The notes below the pieces were generated by a model. That model was not told where the DNA came from, ran no database searches, and saw only the letters and a program-made list of their open reading frames with translations. The translations under genes and the position numbers were made by a program. Positions 47,871 through 54,916 of a stretch of 56,493 nucleotides of DNA are shown here, piece after piece. Origin of the DNA: Candidatus Dojkabacteria bacterium (GTDB lineage Bacteria > Patescibacteriota > Dojkabacteria > J137). The stretch lies in assembly GCA_025061805.1 (NCBI GenBank), contig JANWZV010000001.1, positions 60,498-116,990 on the forward strand. Direction: 5' to 3'. Every line of letters begins with the position of its first letter. Within the stretch, counting starts at the first letter, position 1.

Positions 47871-49133
47871 TTAGGTAAACATATATACTCTTCTATTTAT
47901 ATTCCCGGGTCCTATATTGAATAAATCCATTCTTAATACATATTGTTGATTAACACTTCCTGGAACAAAATAAACATCTCCATTACCGGCAACAACAGCG
48001 TCGGTGAAAGCACCAGAACCTGGAGCATTACCAAATGGTATAACTGTGTTAGTTACCGGGTCATAAATTTCAAATATAGTTGAATTGAAAGGAACGAGGA
48101 GTATTCTTCCATTCGGCAGTACGACTGAAGAAAAATAAGAATCGGCAGATGTATTGTTGACTGCTGGCCCGGTTGTTATCGTATTTGTCTGTGGATCAAA
48201 AATTCTTATGTTTGTTGCGCCTCTAGGAGTTAAAAATATTCTTCCGTCTGGCATTAAAGTGAGTTTTCCTATATCATCTGTAAAAGGTGGAGTAACATCA
48301 GAAAAAGTAGTAGAATTCGTTATCGGAAGGTTCGCTACGGTTATGACACAGTTTGTTGCAGAAACAGGATTTTTTATTATGATTCTTTCATTATCTAGTG
48401 TTGAACATGCCGTTCTTCTAGGCAAAAGAGATGGAGTAAGTCCAAATGGAGAAAAATATGATGGACCGACTTGTTGATATTTTGGTGAAGCATTTTCATC
48501 GAAAAAAATAAATCTAGAAAAATTTTGTGGGATAAAATAATGTATTATATTACTTGTAGATCCATTAATCTTTACGAAATATTTTACCATTAATGCGCTT
48601 TTTTCTGTTCCTGGTATTGATGTAGATTCTAATATAGATTGATTATTTTGTAAATTATAAGCTTGTGAAAAATTATGAGAAACTAATACACTCATGGGAG
48701 AATAATTTTCTGTTATACATCCGCCATAAAAATCTAACGGAGAAGAAGCAAAAGTAAAAATTCCTGTTATAAATGTTTTTGTTTCTGGTTCTATCATACA
48801 TGTATTGTTAAACGTAAGATTCGCTGCAAAATATATTATATTACCATTTAAACATGCACCATTAGAATATTTCAATGGTGTCGTTATTCCACCAGGAAAA
48901 GTTATTGATGGTAATATTTGTATATAATAACTTGTTCCGAAAAAACGATAACTTTCGTATAAAATAGTATTGTTCGATGTTTCTCCGGGTCTATCATAGA
49001 CTCTTGCTTGTTTTCCTTTATAAAGCCTAGATATGGGAAAAACAGTTCTAACAAGATTTATGTTTGTTTCTTTACTCCTTATTATTATACTAGTTTTTCT
49101 CTCAGAAAGTATAGATGATATGGATCTTGACAT
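47871..49133 (-). CDS. Repeat-containing (beta-propeller-like) putative virion protein, paralog A (420 aa)
   Basis: It has repeated blades such as LMPDGRIFLTPRGATNIRIFDPQTNTITTG, VLPNGRILLVPFNSTIFEIYDPVTNTV and VAGNGDVYFVPGS. Confidence 0.45.
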   Translation of the reverse strand: MSRSISSILSERKTSIIIRSKETNINLVRTVFPISRLYKGKQARVYDRPGETSNNTILYESYRFFGTSYYIQILPSITFPGGITTPLKYSNGACLNGNIIYFAANLTFNNTCMIEPETKTFITGIFTFASSPLDFYGGCITENYSPMSVLVSHNFSQAYNLQNNQSILESTSIPGTEKSALMVKYFVKINGSTSNIIHYFIPQNFSRFIFFDENASPKYQQVGPSYFSPFGLTPSLLPRRTACSTLDNERIIIKNPVSATNCVITVANLPITNSTTFSDVTPPFTDDIGKLTLMPDGRIFLTPRGATNIRIFDPQTNTITTGPAVNNTSADSYFSSVVLPNGRILLVPFNSTIFEIYDPVTNTVIPFGNAPGSGAFTDAVVAGNGDVYFVPGSVNQQYVLRMDLFNIGPGNINRRVYMFT

Positions 49134-49141
49134 TTATTGAT

Positions 49142-49149
49142 TATTTATT
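49142..49149 (-). promoter_or_regulatory. AATAAATA motif upstream of the gene starting at 49133
   Basis: The plus strand reads TATTTATT. The motif lies 8 nt before the ATG and overlaps the stop of the upstream paralog. Confidence 0.3.
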
Positions 49150-50386
49150 AATCTGTATTCAAAAAGGGACTAGTTAAGATATGTATATTTGATTTTAAGT
49201 TATAGCTATTGAAGAAAAACGATAGTATTCTGGAGTTTGTAATAATAATTAATTGATTTTTGTCTGTTACTTTTACACTTAATAAAAATTCTAACGGAAC
49301 TTTGGTAAAAGATAAATTAGATGAATTATATTCTATTATGTTTGATTTTATGATAGGATGCGACACTTGGAAAATAATATTATTTGCATCTTCAGAAATT
49401 CCTATATTAGTAAAAATTCCTGGTATAGTAGCTATTTTGAAAATATTACCTATAAAAGACGGATCTATGGGGAAATTTGGAGTTCTGAATCTTTTGTTGA
49501 TGTAATCATAAATTCTCATATTCGAAGCAGAACTACTTAAGATAAAAAGATTTCCTCCTTCTAAAGGAGAAAAAAACGATGTTCTATAATTCTGTCCTGG
49601 TGGGAGAGATATGTTTGGTGTCGTAAGTGTATCGTTTATTGGATCATAAATCAAAAAATAATTATGTATCGTTGTGTTGTTTGAAAAAAATATAACCTCT
49701 CCTGTTGGCAAAAGTTGACTATTTATGAATGGGTGTGGTGTTGGAAACGTAACAGACGGCGTAGAATAAGCATTAGTGAAAGGATTATAAATCAATAATC
49801 TGTCGTTTAATCTAGGACAATGCAATACTCTTCCATCCAATAAAAGAATTCCTTTTACAAATGAATTAAACGGTGCGGCAAAAGTATAAGATGGAGTAAA
49901 AACTGTGTTATTGAATGGGTTATATATTACGGAATATGAAGATTGATTGGGAACGTTATATACTCTTCCGTCTTTCAATAAAACAGTAGAAGAAAATCCG
50001 TCTGTTCCGAAATAAGAACCACTGGGAGTAGATAATGTATAAGTTGTTGTATCGAAAATGAGAGCATTTGTGTTGGAACCTGGCCCAATGAATATATTGC
50101 CATTTTTTAATAAAACACTGCTTCTGTAGTTCCCGAATGTTCCAGATATTTGTCTGTTTAAATCTGGAATACAATTAAATCGACCTAAATTATCTACAAA
50201 TAAAGAATCAAAATTAAAATAATTGCTTGAACAAATTGCTCCCTTATCGTATAGGGATGATGCAAAAGATGCGGCAAAATTATTATATATTCTAGGATTA
50301 TTGGAATCCCAACCAAAAATGGCATGGCCATTCCATTTGTCGTAAAATACAGTAGAATAATTCAAAAAAGTATTCGCTGTTGTCAC
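49148..50386 (-). CDS. Repeat-containing (beta-propeller-like) putative virion protein, paralog B (412 aa, GTG start)
   Basis: It has the same blade motif: LLKNGNIFIGPGSNTNALIFD, LLKDGRVYNVPNQSSYSVIYNPFNNTV, LLLDGRVLHCPRLNDRLLIYNPFTN and LLPTGEVIFFS...LIYDPINDT. Confidence 0.45.
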   Translation of the reverse strand: MTTANTFLNYSTVFYDKWNGHAIFGWDSNNPRIYNNFAASFASSLYDKGAICSSNYFNFDSLFVDNLGRFNCIPDLNRQISGTFGNYRSSVLLKNGNIFIGPGSNTNALIFDTTTYTLSTPSGSYFGTDGFSSTVLLKDGRVYNVPNQSSYSVIYNPFNNTVFTPSYTFAAPFNSFVKGILLLDGRVLHCPRLNDRLLIYNPFTNAYSTPSVTFPTPHPFINSQLLPTGEVIFFSNNTTIHNYFLIYDPINDTLTTPNISLPPGQNYRTSFFSPLEGGNLFILSSSASNMRIYDYINKRFRTPNFPIDPSFIGNIFKIATIPGIFTNIGISEDANNIIFQVSHPIIKSNIIEYNSSNLSFTKVPLEFLLSVKVTDKNQLIIITNSRILSFFFNSYNLKSNIHILTSPFLNTD

Positions 50387-50392
50387 AAAATA

Positions 50393-50400
50393 TATTTATA
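50393..50400 (-). promoter_or_regulatory. TATAAATA motif upstream of the gene starting at 50386
   Basis: The plus strand reads TATTTATA. The motif lies 6 nt before the GTG. Confidence 0.25.
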
Positions 50401-50468
50401 ATAAAATAAGTTGTAGATGGCTTTTGTCTGAATTCAAAAATTTCTTTATTGGTGATTTATTGACAAAA

Positions 50469-50476
50469 AATAAATA
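50469..50476 (+). promoter_or_regulatory. AATAAATA motif upstream of paralog 1 (ATG 50484)
   Basis: Exact 8-mer located 7 nt before the ATG. It is conserved at the same offset in paralogs 2 and 3. Confidence 0.4.
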
Positions 50477-50483
50477 TATCAAA

Positions 50484-52436
50484 ATGCTCATAAAAGAAAT
50501 ACTTCTTGAATATAATTTACAGAATCTTTTGTCTTTGTTTTCTGAAAAATACGAATTGATCCAAAGAAGGGATTTTTCTAATAAACATAAAACATTGGAA
50601 AATTTTTTAAAATCTATAGAAGATTTTCTTAGAAAAGAAAATAAGTTTCAATTTATTGATCCATATGTGAAATGGATAGTACAGAAATATGTAACCAATA
50701 ATCTTGGATTGTATGAAGATATTTTAGGTAAAGTCATACCGGGATTACTAAGATATGATTCCTTGAAAAGAAAAAACAAACTGAAATCCGAACACAAGGA
50801 TATTAATCAGATAAAAAATATAAATCAATTGTTAGATATTTTAGATGAATATAAAGAAGAAGAAACAAAAAGTATATCTGAAAAAGAAAAAGAAATTGAA
50901 CAAAATTTTTATAAGAATGGGGAAGCTATTTTGATATATAATGATAATAATTTGAAAGTTGTCGTTCCCAAATCAAAAGCAGCGTCTTGTTTTTTTGGAA
51001 GAAACACCAGATGGTGCACTGCTGCTTCTACTTCAAAAAATTATTTTAACTTCTATAATAAAAAAGGGCCTTTATATATAATATTGGATAAGAAGAAGAA
51101 TAAAAGATTTCAATTTCATTTCGAAACGAAACAATTCATGGACGAAAAAGATCAACCAATAAGAATAGAAGATTTCAAGACAAATTATCCGATATTATCT
51201 AATATCTTTCGTGAAATCGAGAAAAAGAACTATAAAACTAAAGTTTTTTACGATATATCGGAATTGACATCCAGTGATATTGCTCGTATGTTAACTGATA
51301 CTTGGACAATGTCTATTTCTGATTATGCATTGAGTATTCTAAAAAAAGATTCTAGCTTCATAGATGATATTTTCATAAAAACTTTTTATAAAACACTAAA
51401 AAGTAAGAAACATAATGATGAAAAAAGTGTATCTTTTCGAAAATTTCTTGGTTTTTTGCTCGAAGGAGATACAACAATAAAACAAGAGCAAGAAGATTTA
51501 TTTCTTAGACTTTTTTTTACTGATGGAGATTTTATCAATGAATTGATCAAAAATTCAAATTTTTTATCACAAATATTGAAAAAATATGAACATTTTTTCA
51601 AAAAAGAAGAAATAAAGGAAAAAATAAAAAAAATTAGTCTTGATGCTTATCTTAAAATATATTTGTATGAATATGATTCATCAAGAAAAAGTGAAATAGA
51701 AAAGATAGTGAACGATAATGAGTTATTGTCAACGCCCGCTTTACAATTTTACGTCATAAAAACTTCTATTTTTAGGGACATGTTTGTCGATAATTTGGAC
51801 ATTTTTATTAAATTTTGTGAAAATTTGTTGAAATGGAATGATACATACTTAATAAACAAATATATAGAACTCATTTTTTCTGTTTATGATGAATATAATA
51901 AAAAAAGAGTAAATAGTCAAAAATTGGATAAAATTTTTTCTGAGCTGTTGAAGATATCGTTTAACACCAGTCATAAAGAAAAAATTTTTCAACAAGTTAA
52001 AGATATGGAGTTCTTTAGGAAAAATTTCGAAAGTATATTTTTTGATTTATTGAAGGATTTCAAATTCATGCTTTTATTTGATTATGATTTTTCCAAGAAT
52101 GAATTTTTTAGAATTCTCAAAAAAGCAGCTAAAACTCCTGAAATGTTCGATAATATTTTAGGAATAGTAGATATTGTAAAAGTTTTTATGAAAATAAACA
52201 GAGAAAAAAAATTTACTAAAAAAGAGAAATTTTCTTTTATTGATACTTTATTTAAAATGAATCCGAATTTTCATAATAACGTTTTAAAAAATATAGTAGA
52301 GGCAAACGAAAAAGAAAATGTTTTTGAAGATTTGTTTAAAACAGATACTTTCAAGGATTATTTGAAAAATAAAATTTTTGTCGGAGATCATAAAAATAAA
52401 ATAAATCCATATTATATAAATTATTTCAATCAGTAA
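50484..52436 (+). CDS. NTRWC-module family protein, paralog 1 (650 aa)
   Basis: The start was set at ATG 50484 by homology with paralogs 2 and 3 (MLIKEILLEYNLQNLLSLFSEKY). The module motif is SCFFGRNTRWCTAA...GPLYIILDKKKNKRFQFHFETKQFMDEKDQPI. Confidence 0.7.
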   Translation: MLIKEILLEYNLQNLLSLFSEKYELIQRRDFSNKHKTLENFLKSIEDFLRKENKFQFIDPYVKWIVQKYVTNNLGLYEDILGKVIPGLLRYDSLKRKNKLKSEHKDINQIKNINQLLDILDEYKEEETKSISEKEKEIEQNFYKNGEAILIYNDNNLKVVVPKSKAASCFFGRNTRWCTAASTSKNYFNFYNKKGPLYIILDKKKNKRFQFHFETKQFMDEKDQPIRIEDFKTNYPILSNIFREIEKKNYKTKVFYDISELTSSDIARMLTDTWTMSISDYALSILKKDSSFIDDIFIKTFYKTLKSKKHNDEKSVSFRKFLGFLLEGDTTIKQEQEDLFLRLFFTDGDFINELIKNSNFLSQILKKYEHFFKKEEIKEKIKKISLDAYLKIYLYEYDSSRKSEIEKIVNDNELLSTPALQFYVIKTSIFRDMFVDNLDIFIKFCENLLKWNDTYLINKYIELIFSVYDEYNKKRVNSQKLDKIFSELLKISFNTSHKEKIFQQVKDMEFFRKNFESIFFDLLKDFKFMLLFDYDFSKNEFFRILKKAAKTPEMFDNILGIVDIVKVFMKINREKKFTKKEKFSFIDTLFKMNPNFHNNVLKNIVEANEKENVFEDLFKTDTFKDYLKNKIFVGDHKNKINPYYINYFNQ

Positions 52437-52556
52437 TTAAATTTTTTTCATTTGTTGCTTTATGATGTTTTTTCATGATAATTTTTTTATTGTTATGATC
52501 AAGTAATATCGAATAAAAAACTTATCTTGTTTTTCGTTCAAAAACAATAGTATATA

Positions 52557-52585
52557 TTGCTTTTAATCACAATATCGCCTATATA
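52557..52585 (+). promoter_or_regulatory. Sigma70-like promoter candidate pointing into the GC-rich island
   Basis: TTGCTT (52557-62), a 17-nt spacer and TATATA (52580-85). The predicted start near 52592 coincides with the left edge of the island. Such matches are common in AT-rich DNA. Confidence 0.2.
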
Positions 52586-52590
52586 TACAT

Positions 52591-52846
52591 CAAGCCATGA
52601 AGCTGCATACCTTACTGTGAAAATTTAACACCAACAACGCATGTCGCTCGTACCTGAAATCGGTACATTGGCCGCATTGACCTCGTATGCGATCATTGCG
52701 GCTCCGTAGACAACGCCACTCCTGTCAAGGGACGCACCGGATTCTGGCGCTGCCGTGCCTGCGACAAGCAGTTCAGGGTCGCGGCGGTTCACTTCCGAGT
52801 GTTGCTCACGGTTGCATCTGGCTACTAAAAGCGATAAGCGCGAGAA
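52591..52846. other. GC-rich compositional island of unknown nature (candidate structured RNA/5' leader, foreign DNA fragment, or assembly artefact)
   Basis: By my hand count, 52631-52850 has 125 G+C of 220 nt (about 57%). The 100 nt at 52441-52540 have 20 of 100 (20%). Nothing else in the window has this composition. Confidence 0.5.
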
Positions 52847-52847
52847 C

Positions 52848-52855
52848 AATAAATA
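52848..52855 (+). promoter_or_regulatory. AATAAATA motif upstream of paralog 2 (ATG 52863)
   Basis: Exact 8-mer located 7 nt before the ATG, immediately after the GC island. Confidence 0.4.
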
Positions 52856-52862
52856 CATTAAA

Positions 52863-54818
52863 ATGCGCATAAAAGAAATACTTCTTGAATATAATTTACA
52901 GAATCTTTTATCTTTATTTTCTGAAAAATACAAGTCAATACAAAAAAAAGACAGTTCTAACAAATATGAATCATTAGAAGAATTCATTAAATCTATTGAA
53001 GAACCACTTAGAAAAGAAAATAAGTTTCAATTTATCGAACCATATATGAAATGGATAGTACAAAGATATGTAACCAATAATCTTGGATTGTATGAAGATA
53101 TGTTCGGTAAAACTGTTCCTGGATTATTAAAGTACGATATTCTGAAAAGAAAAAACAAACTTAAACAAGAGCATAAAGATGTGAATAAAATAAAAAATTT
53201 AAATCATCTGCTAGATATATTGAATGAATATCAGAGTGAAGATACGAGAAGCAATACCGAAAAAGAAAAAGAAATTGAACAAAATTTTTATGACAATGGA
53301 GAAGCTGAATTGATTTATAATGATAGCAATTTCAAGATTGTTATTCCTAAATCGGAAAGAGCGTCTTGTTTTTTTGGAAAAAATACCAGATGGTGTACTG
53401 CGGCAACCGAGTCGGAAAATTTATTCAATAGATATAATGAAATGGGAAATTTGTATATATTGATTGATAAAAAAAATAAAAGAAAATTTCAATTTCATTT
53501 CGAGGCAGCGCAATTTATGGATGAAAAAGATGAACCAATAGATCTAATAGATTTTGAAAAAAATTATAATTACACAGTTCCTATTTTATCAAAATTGGCA
53601 AAAAAACATAATAGCTTTTTCTTTGTTCCTTTAAAAGATTTAAATGAAAAACAATTAGAAGAATTATGTGCCAATTATACATGGTATTTTGTCGAAAAAA
53701 TAAATTTAGAAAAATATAAACATAAGAATTTAGAACATATCATAATCAAAAGTATTCCTGTTCTCATTGATTCCGATTATGTGTTTTTGTTATTGAAAAA
53801 TTTTCCAGATTTGCTTAAAAATGAAATGTTTGTAACCAGGGCTATAAAAAAACTTACCCGTAAAAGTGATATAAACAAATTCATAAAAAAGATAAATTTA
53901 ACTTTTGAAGAAGCGGTCAAATTTATTATAAAGGACGAAGATGTTTATTTGGCATTGAAGGATTTTTTTCCTGAGTTAAAAAAAGACAAAGTTGTTGAAT
54001 TTTTATTGGAAAAAAATCCTAGAGTGATTGATTTTATCGACATAAGTGAACTATCAGAAAATATGATCAAAAAAATATTGAAGAAAAATGAAAAAAAGAT
54101 AAAAAGTTATTTGTTCGATTTGCAAATGAAATCGAATCTTCGTTCTTTTTTATTAAAAATAGAAGATAAAGAATTATTAAAGAGTTTTTTTAATTTATTT
54201 CCATCTTATGAATATCTTTATGTGCTTGAACCTGGATATTTAGATGATAGAAAGGTTTATGATTTCATAATCAATACAGATTTACCAAATGATACTCAAA
54301 TAAATTCAAATGTCATACAATATTTTCAAAGATACATAGATGATTTCATCAAAAATTCTTTTTATAAACCTTTTGTATATATGGATGTTTCTGATTTTAT
54401 GGAAGACCAACTATTCAAGATAATAACAAATGATAAAGTAGAGGATTCTTATGCGATATATTATTTCGGCAGAATAAAGAATATTGAAAAAATAACCGAT
54501 AAAAACATTTATAATAAGATATTGAATTATCTTATAGATAATAATATATCTAGGTTTTTTCAACTTATGAATTTCACAAGATATTCCGCGCGCTATGAAG
54601 AATATGATCCTCTTTCTTATCGTTTTCTGAATTTTGAAAATAATATTGAAATATTGAAAAAATTAACTAAAACAAATGAAGAAAGTCTTCAAAAAGTAAA
54701 AAAAGATTACATAATAAAGTTTTTAAAATTATTGAAAAAGTCTAACAAAAAATCTTTTGATTATTTGATAAACAACAATGAGTATTTCTCGGAAATTTAT
54801 GAAAATTTTCTTGTTTGA
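52863..54818 (+). CDS. NTRWC-module family protein, paralog 2 (651 aa)
   Basis: The start was set at ATG 52863 (MRIKEILLEYNLQNLLSLFSEKY) by homology. The track's GTG start at 52755 would add 36 aa encoded by the GC island. The module motif is SCFFGKNTRWCTAA...GNLYILIDKKNKRKFQFHFEAAQFMDEKDEPI. Confidence 0.7.
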   Translation: MRIKEILLEYNLQNLLSLFSEKYKSIQKKDSSNKYESLEEFIKSIEEPLRKENKFQFIEPYMKWIVQRYVTNNLGLYEDMFGKTVPGLLKYDILKRKNKLKQEHKDVNKIKNLNHLLDILNEYQSEDTRSNTEKEKEIEQNFYDNGEAELIYNDSNFKIVIPKSERASCFFGKNTRWCTAATESENLFNRYNEMGNLYILIDKKNKRKFQFHFEAAQFMDEKDEPIDLIDFEKNYNYTVPILSKLAKKHNSFFFVPLKDLNEKQLEELCANYTWYFVEKINLEKYKHKNLEHIIIKSIPVLIDSDYVFLLLKNFPDLLKNEMFVTRAIKKLTRKSDINKFIKKINLTFEEAVKFIIKDEDVYLALKDFFPELKKDKVVEFLLEKNPRVIDFIDISELSENMIKKILKKNEKKIKSYLFDLQMKSNLRSFLLKIEDKELLKSFFNLFPSYEYLYVLEPGYLDDRKVYDFIINTDLPNDTQINSNVIQYFQRYIDDFIKNSFYKPFVYMDVSDFMEDQLFKIITNDKVEDSYAIYYFGRIKNIEKITDKNIYNKILNYLIDNNISRFFQLMNFTRYSARYEEYDPLSYRFLNFENNIEILKKLTKTNEESLQKVKKDYIIKFLKLLKKSNKKSFDYLINNNEYFSEIYENFLV

Positions 54819-54900
54819 TGGACATATAAAAAAACAACCGAACGAATGTTATTTTTATTGAATTTATAAATCTTAGTTATTAGAATAAAAAAATAGAAGA

Positions 54901-54908
54901 AATAAATA
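54901..54908 (+). promoter_or_regulatory. AATAAATA motif upstream of paralog 3 (ATG 54917)
   Basis: Exact 8-mer located 8 nt before the ATG. Confidence 0.4.
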
Positions 54909-54916
54909 TAATTTAA

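Noticed and set aside
52591-52846. tRNA or tmRNA in the GC-rich island
   Set aside because: Neither strand has a GTTCRANYC T-loop with a 5-bp stem. GGTTCACTTCC gives only a 3-bp stem. The minus-strand GCGCC-AGAATCC-GGTGC hairpin lacks the TTC loop. No cloverleaf could be drawn.
52625-52987. Protein-coding readings of the GC island: the minus-strand 120-aa ORF, the plus-strand 61-aa ORF at 52687..52872, and the GTG 52755 N-terminal extension of paralog 2
   Set aside because: Open frames of about 75 codons are expected by chance at about 57% GC. The minus ORF runs antisense into the conserved N-terminus of paralog 2 and has no SD. The plus extension is absent from paralogs 1 and 3, whose homology starts at the ATG with the same AATAAATA-N7 context. 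These readings are kept only as alternatives inside the GC-island finding.
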